NCBI GenBank assembly: GCA_964394855.1
Contig: CAYMZD010000002.1
Location: 60,575 to 124,574, forward strand
From: an uncultured Gammaproteobacteria bacterium
Lineage (GTDB): Bacteria > Patescibacteriota > Microgenomatia > Daviesbacterales > UBA10151
Length of the DNA stretch: 64,000 nucleotides
Direction: 5' to 3'
Part shown: positions 28,736 through 38,365 of the stretch, piece by piece
Layout of the letters: every line of letters begins with the position of its first letter
Position numbering within the stretch: the first letter of the stretch is position 1
Position numbers and translations under genes: made by a program
The notes under the pieces: generated by a model
The model's database searches: none
What the model saw: the letters and a program-made list of their open reading frames with translations, nothing else
What the model was told of the DNA's origin: nothing

Positions 28736-29144
28736 AAAATTACTAGTTGACGCGGATGCTTTCGTAGCCTTGGTAAATTCGATTGACTCAAACCATCAAA
28801 AAGCCAAATTATTGAGAGATCAAATTAGCGATCAAGAGTTTTCATTGATGACTTCAGATCCTGCCTTTGGAGAGGCGATTACCGTCATTAGTCAAGATAC
28901 TGGTTTGGAATCAGCTACTCTGTTTGCAGAAGAAACATTAGTCAGTCAAGTAGAGATAATTGAAGTAGATGCCAGTTTACGAAGAAAAGCCTTGGATATT
29001 TTTAAAAAACAAACCTCCAAAAATTCCCGTTTTACAGACTGTATTAATATGGCAATTATGGAGGAGAAAAAATTAAATACCATTTTTAGTTTTGATGTTC
29101 AATACAAAAAGAACAAATTTAAAAGATTTGGGATAGATAAATGA
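28725..29144 (+). CDS. PIN-domain toxin (VapC-like ribonuclease)
   Basis: Acidic quartet consistent with the PIN fold (LLVDADAFV ... E ... TDCINMAIMEE ... FSFD); start at MASKK overlapping the antitoxin stop. Confidence 0.55.
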   Translation: MASKKLLVDADAFVALVNSIDSNHQKAKLLRDQISDQEFSLMTSDPAFGEAITVISQDTGLESATLFAEETLVSQVEIIEVDASLRRKALDIFKKQTSKNSRFTDCINMAIMEEKKLNTIFSFDVQYKKNKFKRFGIDK

Positions 29145-29201
29145 AAATGGTGGGTCTGGTGGAAATCCCCCAAGAGGCATTTTTGAGTATTTTAAAAAGT
29201 T
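29143..29201 (+). repeat. direct repeat copy B (orphan duplicate of the lepA 3' end, in-frame relic MVGLVEIPQEAFLSILKS-stop)
   Basis: Same 59-bp unit; the 43-bp core is identical to 28357-28399; ends with a TAA stop at 29201-29203. Confidence 0.85.
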
Positions 29202-29632
29202 AATAATTGTTTATTGTATCCGAATAGGGGTCCATAAATTAGTTCTATTCTGGTAGGGGTTAATTTATACCATGATTCATCTTGATCGAGAACCTCACCT
29301 TTCTTTATAGGAGGAACTTTACCTCTTTTAATTCTATGTTTAATGGCTAGTTCTAAAATATCTCCTTCGATTTTTTTAGCCAGACCCTCGATTTGTAGTC
29401 CCATTTCTTTGCCTGGTTTTTCTTTGACTGTGATTGTTCCAGCTACTTGCGGGTGGAATAAAATTGCTTTTGAGTGGCGTCGACTAGTTTGCGAAATCCA
29501 ATAGATATTGAAGTTGTCATCGTAGATATAAATTACATCAGCTACCCAAACCCCGCCTCCATCAACAGTCCCCAAACTCATTAAATAACCTTTATCTAAA
29601 ATTTCTTTAATTAATTTTTTGATATTTTTCAC
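29192..29632 (-). CDS. pyridoxamine 5'-phosphate oxidase-like FMN-binding split-barrel protein
   Basis: ~145 aa with a PNPOx-like/general-stress-protein-26 pattern (YLMSLGTVDGGGVWVADVIYIY). Confidence 0.45.
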   Translation of the reverse strand: MKNIKKLIKEILDKGYLMSLGTVDGGGVWVADVIYIYDDNFNIYWISQTSRRHSKAILFHPQVAGTITVKEKPGKEMGLQIEGLAKKIEGDILELAIKHRIKRGKVPPIKKGEVLDQDESWYKLTPTRIELIYGPLFGYNKQLLTF

Positions 29633-29655
29633 TAAAGTGATTATATAATAACAAT

Positions 29656-30219
29656 ATGATATTTGCTCTTGAAGGATTGGATAGTTCAGGTAAAACTACT
29701 TGTGGAAAATTATTAGCAGAGCAAACTAACGGAACATATTTTTATGCTGCCAATGGCAGATTAATATCTAAATTAAGAAAATATTTTGATAACAGATCAA
29801 CTTGGCTACGGTTTCTTTTTTATTTGATTATTAATTTCGGTAATTACTTCGTTATAACTAAAAAGAGAAGAAATGGAAATCTATTTTTAGATAGAACTGT
29901 TTTTTCAACCGTTGCTTATCATAAAGCTTATGGACTTTCTGAAATTTGGTTTCGGTTAATTCCCTTGTTTCTACTTAATCAGATCGATTTTATGGTGTAT
30001 TTTACAGTATCAGAGAAAGAAAGATCAAAAAGAATAGTTAAGAAGATTAAAACAAAAGATACCATGTCTAAAAGTGATGAAAAATCTTTAGTTTTAGGAA
30101 AAGAAATAGATGCAGAATATAGAAAATTAACTAATAAATATACATCTTTGATAATTGAAACAGATAATAAAACTCCTCAACAAATAATTGACGAATTGAA
30201 ATTAAAATTATCTCTATAA
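29656..30219 (+). CDS. tmk: thymidylate kinase family protein
   Basis: P-loop EGLDSSGKTT (Tmk EGxDGxGKTT) and the DR motif (LDRTVFSTVAYHKAYG) of dTMP kinases; the LID region is divergent. Confidence 0.5.
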   Translation: MIFALEGLDSSGKTTCGKLLAEQTNGTYFYAANGRLISKLRKYFDNRSTWLRFLFYLIINFGNYFVITKKRRNGNLFLDRTVFSTVAYHKAYGLSEIWFRLIPLFLLNQIDFMVYFTVSEKERSKRIVKKIKTKDTMSKSDEKSLVLGKEIDAEYRKLTNKYTSLIIETDNKTPQQIIDELKLKLSL

Positions 30220-30296
30220 AATAAGAGAACTTGATTTTAATCACATTTTATGAGTATGCTGGAGGTAGATTTAAAAATAAAGGGGGTGATAAAGAA

Positions 30297-30500
30297 ATGA
30301 AGATGTTGCATATGGCAGCCTACACTGTGCTTTGGGTGGGAGGTTTGAACTGGGGTCTGGTGGGACTTTTGAATTTAAACTTGGTGGAATCACTTTTGGG
30401 AGTTGATTTGGCCAAATGGGTTTATATTTTAGTAGGTTTGGCCACGGTTTACATCATTGTGGGACACCGCAATGACTGCAAGGTTTGCAGTGGAGCATAA
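30297..30500 (+). CDS. DUF378-family small membrane protein
   Basis: MKMLHMAAYTVLWVGGLNWGLVGLLNLNLV ... two TM helices typical of DUF378; start moved to the internal Met. Confidence 0.45.
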   Translation: MKMLHMAAYTVLWVGGLNWGLVGLLNLNLVESLLGVDLAKWVYILVGLATVYIIVGHRNDCKVCSGA

Positions 30501-30525
30501 ACAAAGGGAAGATTAGGTATTATTT

Positions 30526-30556
30526 AATCCCCTGCCATCCGGTGGGGGATTTTTTG
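30526..30556. terminator. bidirectional rho-independent terminator between convergent genes
   Basis: aatcccc-tgccatccggtg-ggggatt followed by tttttt. 7-bp GC-rich stem with a T-run on the plus strand (and an A-run on the minus). Confidence 0.6.
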
Positions 30557-30560
30557 GAAT

Positions 30561-31691
30561 TTAGCGGATTTGCAAAGATTCACCTCTAAATTCAATCCCT
30601 AATGGTTCAATAACCACTTTTCTTGGCCCTTTTTCCACATATCCTGCATCCAGAGCAGGAATGGACATTTTCTTTCCGATCGTGATAATTTTGTCTACGG
30701 ATTTTGGCGGGACAAATAACGCGAAACCTACTCCCATATTGTATGAACCATACATGTCAAAATCCGAAGAACTTGAATATTGTTGAATCAATTTAAAAAT
30801 CGGTTGGGGTTTGGGCATTTTTTTAATAACATAAGTAAAATTTTTACTGGCTCGCATTAGTTTTCTAAATCCGTGGCCTGTGATATGAACTGCATAATGG
30901 ATTTCAGTTTGGTGAACTGCCTCTTCTACAAATTTAGAATAGATTGTGGATGGGGTTATTAACGCTTCTCCAAAAGTTGTACCGTCAGATAATTTTGTTT
31001 GATACCCTTTAGGTAGTCTTTTTAGCAGTTCTTTTCTAAGCAAAGTAATGCCATTAGTATGTACACCGCTGCTTTCCAATAAAATAATATGATCTCTCGC
31101 AACTAGCTTATCTTCTGTTAAGGCTTTTTCTGATGGAATAATTAAACCAGTCGCCGATCCTGACAATAGCGATCTTCCGGTGCTAATAATATCCCTTAAA
31201 GTAGCTGACTCGCCCCCACCCCAGGAAGCACCGGCCAGATTACAAGCAGAGACAGTTCCCTTAAAAAGTGCCGTTGCCCTTTTAAAATTGGTAAACCATT
31301 CTGTGGGGTAAGCTGCCAAGTGCAGCATAAAAGAAAGTGGAGCGGCGCCGGTGGTGGATAGATCGTTAAAAATTGAGGCTGCATTATCTATTGCCACTGA
31401 TTCATAAAAAGATCCCCCATAAATTTTTTCCAACTCATCAGCGCCTACATTTTTAGTTCCCAGTCCTTCTTCAACATGAGCTATTCTAAAGTCAATCACC
31501 TTGCTGGATTTTATTTGAATTTGATAAGCAGATTCTCCTCTGCTGTGAGATATTTCAGAAATAGCAATATTGTATCTAGCAAATCTTTTTAAATTTTTAG
31601 CAGTTTTTCTGGCATAATTTAAAGCCAGTATTTTAAAAGGGTCTTTTATTTTGTAATTGTCACCAGAAGCTTCGTATAGAAGTTTTATCAT
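30561..31691 (-). CDS. AIR-synthase-related (PurM superfamily) protein of unknown role
   Basis: PurM N-domain-like GLGTKNVGAD and C-domain-like SGVHTNGITLL motifs. Start placed at ATG 31691; an alternative GTG at 31727 would run into the hrcA promoter/CIRCE. Confidence 0.45.
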   Translation of the reverse strand: MIKLLYEASGDNYKIKDPFKILALNYARKTAKNLKRFARYNIAISEISHSRGESAYQIQIKSSKVIDFRIAHVEEGLGTKNVGADELEKIYGGSFYESVAIDNAASIFNDLSTTGAAPLSFMLHLAAYPTEWFTNFKRATALFKGTVSACNLAGASWGGGESATLRDIISTGRSLLSGSATGLIIPSEKALTEDKLVARDHIILLESSGVHTNGITLLRKELLKRLPKGYQTKLSDGTTFGEALITPSTIYSKFVEEAVHQTEIHYAVHITGHGFRKLMRASKNFTYVIKKMPKPQPIFKLIQQYSSSSDFDMYGSYNMGVGFALFVPPKSVDKIITIGKKMSIPALDAGYVEKGPRKVVIEPLGIEFRGESLQIR

Positions 31692-31710
31692 ATTAGTATC
31701 ATTATACCCC

Positions 31711-31747
31711 TTGACAAAAGTTAGCACTCATGATAAATTACTGCTAA
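31711..31747 (+). promoter_or_regulatory. hrcA promoter (TTGACA-17-TAAATT) overlapping a CIRCE-like inverted repeat (HrcA operator)
   Basis: ttgaca(31711-16); TTAGCACTC-atgataaat-TACTGCTAA at 31721-31747. The left arm is perfect CIRCE; the right arm matches 6/9. Confidence 0.6.
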
Positions 31748-31771
31748 CCCTTCGATTAACTCAGGGCAAAT

Positions 31772-32503
31772 ATGGATTTGACAGATCGGCAAAGAGCACT
31801 TTTAAAAGCTATTATTGAAGAGTACATTGACAGCGCTGAACCTGTTGGTAGTGAAGCGGTGGATAAAAAGTATAATTTAGGGGTCTCCCCTGCCACCATT
31901 AGAAACGAGATGGTGCATCTAACAGATATGGGTTATTTAAAACAGCCACACACATCAGCAGGACGTGTCCCCACCTCAATGGGCTTTAGATTTTATATTC
32001 AGGAGTTGATGAAGGAAAAGCAGCTGCCTGTGGCGGCTGAAGTGTCCATCAAGGAAGACATGTGGCAGGAGCGCTACCAACAAGATAAGTTACTTCGCCA
32101 AGCTGTCAAAGCTTTGGCCAAGCAATGTGACATGTTGGGTTTGGCAATAGATAGCGACAACCAAATTTATTATTCAGGAGCTGCCAATATTTTGGACTGG
32201 CCGGAATTTTATGATATTGATGTGACTCGCTTTGTCTTGAGCTTATTTGATGATCTACCGGTTGGCGGGTTGCAACAAATTATTGGTAAGGCAGAAGGAT
32301 CTGACCCAATTCATATTTTATTTGGCGATGAGTTGGAATTTGAAAATTTAGCGCCCACTGGATTTATTTTTACCAGCTATGAAATGGGGCCAAAAAGTGG
32401 TGTGATTGGAGTAATTGGTCCGGCCAGGATGAATTTTCCTCTGGTGATACCTTATGTCAAATATATTAGAGATTTAATTTATGAAGCAGGAAGGAGTTGG
32501 TAA
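31772..32503 (+). CDS. hrcA: heat-inducible transcription repressor HrcA (compact)
   Basis: N-terminal wHTH LTDRQRALLKAIIEEYIDSAEPVGSEAV; operon position before grpE-dnaK-dnaJ. Confidence 0.8.
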   Translation: MDLTDRQRALLKAIIEEYIDSAEPVGSEAVDKKYNLGVSPATIRNEMVHLTDMGYLKQPHTSAGRVPTSMGFRFYIQELMKEKQLPVAAEVSIKEDMWQERYQQDKLLRQAVKALAKQCDMLGLAIDSDNQIYYSGAANILDWPEFYDIDVTRFVLSLFDDLPVGGLQQIIGKAEGSDPIHILFGDELEFENLAPTGFIFTSYEMGPKSGVIGVIGPARMNFPLVIPYVKYIRDLIYEAGRSW

Positions 32504-32943
32504 TGCCCAAGAAAAAAGACACCAAAGTTGAAGAATTAGAAAATCAGCTTAAAAGAGCAGTGGCTGATTATCATAATCTGGAAAAACGGGTTAGTGAAGG
32601 TAGGTCGGAACTAACTAATTTTGTGGGAGCGGAGCTTATTAAAAGACTGCTGCCGGTTTTAGATCATCTGGAAAGGGCTTTATCTAGCGCATCAGAACTG
32701 GAAAAAGAATCAGGATGGTTTAAGGGAGTAGAGCTGGCTGTTAAAGAATTTGAGCAGGTATTACAATCTGAAGGTTTGGAGGAAATACCTGCAGACGGAG
32801 TATTTAATCCAAGCCTTCATGAAGCTGTTGACACAAGGGATGGAGAAAATAATATGATTTTAGAAGTTGTCAAAAAGGGTTATAATTTAAATGGAAAAGT
32901 ACTTCGCCCGGCCCAAGTAGTAGTTGGAAGGAGGAGAAACTAA
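32497..32943 (+). CDS. grpE: nucleotide exchange factor GrpE
   Basis: [17 protein letters not shown] coiled-coil and C-terminal beta-domain ([18 protein letters not shown]). Confidence 0.85.
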   Translation: MVMPKKKDTKVEELENQLKRAVADYHNLEKRVSEGRSELTNFVGAELIKRLLPVLDHLERALSSASELEKESGWFKGVELAVKEFEQVLQSEGLEEIPADGVFNPSLHEAVDTRDGENNMILEVVKKGYNLNGKVLRPAQVVVGRRRN

Positions 32944-32944
32944 T

Positions 32945-34876
32945 ATGGCTAAAATTGTGGGAATTGATTTGGGGACAACTAATAGTGTGGTGGCGGTGAT
33001 GGAGGGGGGAAAACCCAAAGTCATCCATAGTAGTGAAGGGGAAAATATTATCCCCTCGGTGGTTAATCCCTTAAAAAATGTGGTGGGACGGGTGGCCAAA
33101 CGTCAGTCTGTGGTTAATCCCAAAGAAACCATTTTTTCTATTAAGCGCTTAGTGGGCAGAAAATTCAAAGACAGTGAGGTGCAGCGCGACATTAAATGGC
33201 TGCCTTATGAAATTAAAGAAGGCAAAAACGGTATGGCTGTGGTGGAAGTGGAAGGCCATGAATACACCCCCCAGGAAATTTCCGCCCAGATTTTGCAAAA
33301 AATCAAGGCTGATGCCGAGAGCTATTTGGGAGAAAAAGTAACTGACGCGGTTATCACCGTGCCGGCCTATTTTGACGATTCTCAGAGACAAGCCACCAAA
33401 CAGGCCGGGGAAATTGCCGGTTTTAATGTGCAGAGAATTATTAACGAGCCAACTGCCGCAGCTTTAGCTTATGGCCTTGATAAAACCCATGCCCACACCA
33501 TTGCTGTTTATGATTTAGGAGGCGGCACTTTTGACATTTCCATTTTGGAGCTGGGAGACGGGGTAATTGAGGTGAAAAGTACCAACGGCGATACCCACCT
33601 GGGTGGGGATGATTTTGACCAAGTGATTTTGGATCATCTGGCAGAAGAATTTAAAAAAGAGCAGGGTATTGATTTAAAAACAGACAGGCAAGCCTTGCAG
33701 AGGCTGCGCGACGCAGCGGAAAAAGCCAAAATTGAGCTATCCAGCACCCAAGAGGCGGAAATTTCCATCCCTTTTGTGACAGCAGATTCTAGTGGCCCCA
33801 AACATTTGGAAGTAAAAATGTCCCGGGCCAAGCTGGAAGGCATGATTAAATCTTTAATTGATAAAAGTTTTGAGGCGGTTAAGTCTGCTTTGAAAGACGC
33901 CAAAATGGAAGCCGGTAAAATTGATGAAGTGGTGCTGGTAGGAGGTATGACCCGCATGCCGGCAGTACAAAAAGCAGTCCAAGACTTTTTTGGTAAAGAG
34001 CCTCACAAGGGAATTAATCCAGATGAGGTGGTGGCGGTTGGGGCTGCTATTCAAGGCGGAGTATTGGGTGGAGAAGTGAAAGATGTTTTGCTTTTGGATG
34101 TGACCCCCTTAACTTTGGGAATTGAAACTTTGGGTGGAGTGAGAACACCTTTGATTGTCAGAAATACCACCATTCCATCTTCTAAATCAGAAATTTTCTC
34201 CACAGCGGCTGATAATCAAACCTCGGTGGAAATTAATGTTTTACAAGGGGAGCGGGAAATGGCAGCTGATAATAAGAGCTTGGGCAGGTTTATTTTAGAC
34301 GGCATTCCCCCTGCCCCAAGAGGCGTGCCCCAAATCGAAGTAACTTTTGACATTGATGCCAACGGTATTTTAATAGTCAGCGCTCATGATAAAGCTACAG
34401 GCAAAAAACAAAACATCACCATTACCGGATCAACCGGACTTGATAAAGAAGAAGTAGAGAAAATGACCAAAGAGGCAGAAGCCCATGCTGAAGAGGATAA
34501 ACGCAAAAGAGAAGAGGTGGATACCAGAAATCAGGCAGATGCTTTGATTTTTACGACTGAAAGGAGTTTGAAAGAGGCAGGGGATAAAGTTAGCCAAGAG
34601 GTTCGAACCGAGGTGGAACAGAAATTAAATGATCTAAAATCTGTGGTTCAAACAGCTTCTATTGAGGACCTAAAACCCAAGATGGATGCATTGTCTGAAA
34701 GCTTACAAAAAGTAGGGCAGGCAATGTATTCCTCCTCCGCTCCTGAAGGAGCTACGGAAGGGCAAGGAGCCCCCGGTGAAGAACCAAAAACAGAAGACGC
34801 GTCCTCCGAAGCCTCGGCGAAGGAGGAAACTCCTGTTGAGGGTGAAGTGGTTGAGGAAGATAATAAAAAAGAGTAA
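32945..34876 (+). CDS. dnaK: molecular chaperone DnaK (Hsp70)
   Basis: [42 protein letters not shown]; start placed 2 nt after the grpE stop. Confidence 0.95.
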   Translation: MAKIVGIDLGTTNSVVAVMEGGKPKVIHSSEGENIIPSVVNPLKNVVGRVAKRQSVVNPKETIFSIKRLVGRKFKDSEVQRDIKWLPYEIKEGKNGMAVVEVEGHEYTPQEISAQILQKIKADAESYLGEKVTDAVITVPAYFDDSQRQATKQAGEIAGFNVQRIINEPTAAALAYGLDKTHAHTIAVYDLGGGTFDISILELGDGVIEVKSTNGDTHLGGDDFDQVILDHLAEEFKKEQGIDLKTDRQALQRLRDAAEKAKIELSSTQEAEISIPFVTADSSGPKHLEVKMSRAKLEGMIKSLIDKSFEAVKSALKDAKMEAGKIDEVVLVGGMTRMPAVQKAVQDFFGKEPHKGINPDEVVAVGAAIQGGVLGGEVKDVLLLDVTPLTLGIETLGGVRTPLIVRNTTIPSSKSEIFSTAADNQTSVEINVLQGEREMAADNKSLGRFILDGIPPAPRGVPQIEVTFDIDANGILIVSAHDKATGKKQNITITGSTGLDKEEVEKMTKEAEAHAEEDKRKREEVDTRNQADALIFTTERSLKEAGDKVSQEVRTEVEQKLNDLKSVVQTASIEDLKPKMDALSESLQKVGQAMYSSSAPEGATEGQGAPGEEPKTEDASSEASAKEETPVEGEVVEEDNKKE

Positions 34877-34879
34877 TGG

Positions 34880-35764
34880 ATGGCTACAAAAAGAGATTAC
34901 TACGATATTTTAGGGGTTTCCAAGGGAGCCGGTGAAGCGGAGATTAAGTCTGCTTATCGCAAACTGGCCAGAAAACACCATCCTGATATAGATAAATCTG
35001 CTGGAAGTGCGGAAAGATTCAAAGAGGTTTCCGAAGCATATCAAGTTCTATCTGACCCTCAGAAAAAATCTTCTTATGACCAATTTGGCCATTCGGCCTT
35101 TGACCCTTCGGCAGGCTCAGGGCCTTTTGGTAGAGGAGCTGGCGGTTGGCAGCAATATAGTTGGTCAACCGGTGGGTTTTCCGCCAAAGGCGGACCAGCC
35201 TCTGGCTGGGACTTTGGTGGTTTTGAAGATCCATTTGAACTGTTTGAACAGATTTTTGGCATGGGTGGGTTTGGAGAAGGGATGAGGAGAAGACCCACTT
35301 ATACCATGGATTTAAAATTTGACGAGGCAGTTCATGGTGTCACTAAACAAATTCAAGTTGAGGATAAAAAAATGACCATTAAAGTACCGGCCGGAGTGGA
35401 TAATGGTACCAGAATGCGCTTTAATGAGTTGGATATTGTTTTTCATGTTAACCGCCACCCGGAATTTATTAGAGAAGGAGCGGATATTTTTTCGGAAATA
35501 AAAGTTTCTATTCCCCAACTGGTTTTGGGGGATGTCTTTGAAGTTTCAACTGTGCAGGGGAAAGTAAAAGTGAAGGTGCCCCCTGGCACCCAACCAGGAT
35601 CGCTGGTTAGGCTCAAAGGCAAGGGTGTTCCCAGATTAAATGGTGGCCACGGAGATCACTATGTCAGAGTCCATCTAAATGTTCCTCAAAACCCATCCAA
35701 AGAAGAAAAAAGGCTTTATGAAGAGTTATATCGCTTGGGTTCCAAGAAAAAAGGTTGGTTTTAA
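34880..35764 (+). CDS. dnaJ: DnaJ-family co-chaperone (J domain + G/F region + CTD, no Zn-finger)
   Basis: J-domain with HPD ([11 protein letters not shown]), Gly/Phe-rich linker, C-terminal substrate-binding beta-domains; no CxxCxGxG repeats. Confidence 0.8.
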   Translation: MATKRDYYDILGVSKGAGEAEIKSAYRKLARKHHPDIDKSAGSAERFKEVSEAYQVLSDPQKKSSYDQFGHSAFDPSAGSGPFGRGAGGWQQYSWSTGGFSAKGGPASGWDFGGFEDPFELFEQIFGMGGFGEGMRRRPTYTMDLKFDEAVHGVTKQIQVEDKKMTIKVPAGVDNGTRMRFNELDIVFHVNRHPEFIREGADIFSEIKVSIPQLVLGDVFEVSTVQGKVKVKVPPGTQPGSLVRLKGKGVPRLNGGHGDHYVRVHLNVPQNPSKEEKRLYEELYRLGSKKKGWF

Positions 35765-35825
35765 ACTTGACTTTTAAGATACTGACAGAGTAGAATATTG
35801 TTGTTAATAATCCAAAGGACCTAAA

Positions 35826-35853
35826 AAGGTGGGCTAGTCCCACCTTAATTTTT
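35826..35853 (+). terminator. rho-independent terminator after dnaJ
   Basis: aaggtggg-ctagt-cccacctt (8-bp stem) then aattttt, ending 4 nt before the nusA ATG. A possible promoter (ttgact-18-tagaat) lies at 35767-35800. Confidence 0.55.
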
Positions 35854-35856
35854 ACT

Positions 35857-36906
35857 ATGGCACAAGCTAGAACAGAATTTGTAGCTGCCCTAAATCAAAT
35901 AGCTTCTGAAAAAGGAGTAGACGTATCAGTTGTTTTGGATGCTATTAAGATTGCAGCTCTAGCTGCCTATAAAAAAGATTTAAGCATCCGTAGCCAACCC
36001 ATTCCAGAAGATATTGATGAATATACCTCTGAAGTAAACCCCACCACAGGCGAAATAACCATTTTCCAAGGTCAAAATAACGTTACTCCGCCTGGATTTG
36101 CCCGTATTGCTGCCTCAATTGCCAAACAGGTAATTTTGCAAAAACTGCACGAGGCAGAAAAAAGTGCTGTCATGTCTGAATATGAAAACAAAATTGGCAC
36201 AGTTATTTCAGGTTTAATACAGCGTCAAGAGGGCAACACGTATTTTATTGATTTGGGGAGAGCAGAAGGAATGATGCCACCCCAGGAGCAGGTGAGGAGT
36301 GAAATTTATCAGCCTAATATGAGGATGAAGTTTTATATCAAAGACATAAGAGAAGAAAGCCATGGTTTGGAAGTAATAGTTTCTCGTAGCGATCCGGGTT
36401 TAGTTAAAGGTCTTTTTGCCATGGAGGTGCCGGAAATTCAATCAGGCAGTGTAGAGATTGTGGTTTTGGCTAGGGAAGCTGGTTCTAGAACTAAAATTGC
36501 CGCCTCCTCCAGTCAAGATGGTGTGGATCCGGTAGGTTCTTTAGTGGGACAAAAAGGAGTGAGAGTTCAAGCAGTTACTCAAGAGCTGGGAGAGGAAAAA
36601 ATTGACATCATTACTTACTCCGACGATCCGGCCCGTTTTATCCAGGCAGCGCTTTCTCCAGCCAAAGATGTTCAGGTTCGTTTAAACAAAGAAGAGAATG
36701 TGGCTAAAGCTTTAGTACCTAACTCTCAACTATCTTTGGCCATTGGTAAAGGTGGACAAAATGTGCGTTTAGCAGCCAAGCTGACTGGTTGGAAAATTGA
36801 TATTGAAGGATTGGAAGAGGAGGGAACGGGAGAGCAAAAAGAAGAGCCTCAAGCTGGAACTCAACCCCCTGATGATGTAAAAGCTGATAAAAAAGAAAAG
36901 AAGTAA
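35857..36906 (+). CDS. nusA: transcription termination/antitermination factor NusA
   Basis: NusA N-domain, S1 ([21 protein letters not shown]) and KH1/KH2 ([23 protein letters not shown]), acidic tail. Confidence 0.9.
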   Translation: MAQARTEFVAALNQIASEKGVDVSVVLDAIKIAALAAYKKDLSIRSQPIPEDIDEYTSEVNPTTGEITIFQGQNNVTPPGFARIAASIAKQVILQKLHEAEKSAVMSEYENKIGTVISGLIQRQEGNTYFIDLGRAEGMMPPQEQVRSEIYQPNMRMKFYIKDIREESHGLEVIVSRSDPGLVKGLFAMEVPEIQSGSVEIVVLAREAGSRTKIAASSSQDGVDPVGSLVGQKGVRVQAVTQELGEEKIDIITYSDDPARFIQAALSPAKDVQVRLNKEENVAKALVPNSQLSLAIGKGGQNVRLAAKLTGWKIDIEGLEEEGTGEQKEEPQAGTQPPDDVKADKKEKK

Positions 36907-36910
36907 AAAT

Positions 36911-38365
36911 ATGGCAGAAATGACACGTCCGCCCATAGTCACTATACTCGGCCATGTTGACCATGGCAAAACTACCCTACTTGATTTTATCAGGAAATCC
37001 TCTGTAGCAGCAAAGGAACATGGTGGGATTACCCAGCATATTGGTGCATATCAAGTTGAACATGATGGTAAATTAATTACTTTTATTGATACTCCTGGAC
37101 ATGCTGCTTTTGAAAAAATGCGCTCTAGGGGCGCTAAAGTGGCAGACATTGCAGTTTTGGTGGTGGCAGTAGATGATGGGGTGATGCCACAAACTATTGA
37201 GGCTATCAAACACATTCAGGAGGCAAAAGTCCCCATGATTGTAGCTATTAATAAAACAGATTTACCTGGCATAAATGTAAAAGTACAGCTGGAGAAGATT
37301 AAAAAGCAACTTTCAGACCAAAAAGTTTTAGCAGAAGAATATGGAGGAGATGTGCCCATAATTTCACTTTCTGCCAAAACCGGTGAAGGTGTGGATAAAC
37401 TCTTGGAGATGATCAGTCTGTTAGCAGAGCTGCATGAGCTTAAAAGTGAATCTGATATAGCGCCATCAGGAGTAGTGATTGAGGCTAATTTAGATAAATC
37501 CAGAGGCCCGCTGGCCACACTTTTAATAAGAAATGGCACTTTAAAAAAAGGTATACAGATTATAGTGGGTGGAGTAAAAGGTAAGATCAAGGGTATGTTT
37601 GATTTCAATGGGAAGAGTATAGAAGCGGCTGGCCCTTCTACTCCGGTGGAAGTGCTTGGACTTGAGAGTGTTCCAGGGGTGGGTGCTACTTTGGGACAGG
37701 AAATGGAACAAGAATCAAGAATGAAGCAGCAAGAGCTAAGCTTACTTGAAAAATTAAAGGCAGGAGAAAGTAAAACTCTAAAAGTGATTATTAAAGCTGA
37801 TAAGCAAGGATCGCTAGAGGCTATTGTCCATTCTTTGGACAAAATTAATAAAAATGCCAAACTGATAGAAGTTATTTCAAGCGGGACAGGAGATATATTG
37901 GAGGGTGATGTGAAGCTGGCTTCGTCTGTGGGGGCGATCATTATTGGATTTAATGTCAAGGTGGTACCAACCGCTGTTAAAATGGCTGAAACAGAGCATG
38001 TTTTAATAAGAACCTACAATATTATATATGAGCTGCTCTCGGAGCTAGAAGATGTTTTGGAGGGGATGTTTAAGGTGGGGCAAGTAGAGGAGATTTTAGG
38101 CAAAGCTAATATTATTGCTGAATTCCCCTTTGGAAAGTCAGAGCGAGTTCTCGGGTGTCGGGTCATTGAAGGAGTAATTAGTAAAGGATCAAAAATAAGA
38201 GTGAAAAGGGATGAAGAGGTAGTGGGCGAGAGTAAACTAAAGTCCTTAAGGGTTGTGAAAGATGAAGTGCAAAAGGCAGAAAAGGGTCAAGATTGCGGCA
38301 TGCTTTTTGATCCTGCCATAGATTTCCAAATAGGGGACACAGTAGAATCCTTCAGGGTAATATGA
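36911..38365 (+). CDS. infB: translation initiation factor IF-2 (short form lacking the N-terminal extension)
   Basis: G-domain [28 protein letters not shown]; C-terminal beta-barrels. Confidence 0.9.
   Translation: MAEMTRPPIVTILGHVDHGKTTLLDFIRKSSVAAKEHGGITQHIGAYQVEHDGKLITFIDTPGHAAFEKMRSRGAKVADIAVLVVAVDDGVMPQTIEAIKHIQEAKVPMIVAINKTDLPGINVKVQLEKIKKQLSDQKVLAEEYGGDVPIISLSAKTGEGVDKLLEMISLLAELHELKSESDIAPSGVVIEANLDKSRGPLATLLIRNGTLKKGIQIIVGGVKGKIKGMFDFNGKSIEAAGPSTPVEVLGLESVPGVGATLGQEMEQESRMKQQELSLLEKLKAGESKTLKVIIKADKQGSLEAIVHSLDKINKNAKLIEVISSGTGDILEGDVKLASSVGAIIIGFNVKVVPTAVKMAETEHVLIRTYNIIYELLSELEDVLEGMFKVGQVEEILGKANIIAEFPFGKSERVLGCRVIEGVISKGSKIRVKRDEEVVGESKLKSLRVVKDEVQKAEKGQDCGMLFDPAIDFQIGDTVESFRVI

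Larger units (their letters stand above)
28341..29203 (+). mobile_element. putative inserted RHH-PIN toxin-antitoxin cassette bounded by the duplicated lepA terminus
   Basis: Promoter, antitoxin and toxin flanked by 59-bp direct repeats that duplicate the last codons of lepA. The consensus promoter is atypical for this AT-rich genome. No integrase or transposase is present. Confidence 0.4.

Noticed and set aside
37216-37959. Long antisense ORFs inside large genes (247 aa inside infB; 11744-12091 inside sbcC; 46608-47039 inside ftsK; 7032-7280 inside the GT2; 746-985 inside groEL; others).
   Set aside because: Each lies entirely within a strongly supported gene on the opposite strand or in another frame, with low-complexity Ser/Pro/Leu-rich translations typical of shadow ORFs.
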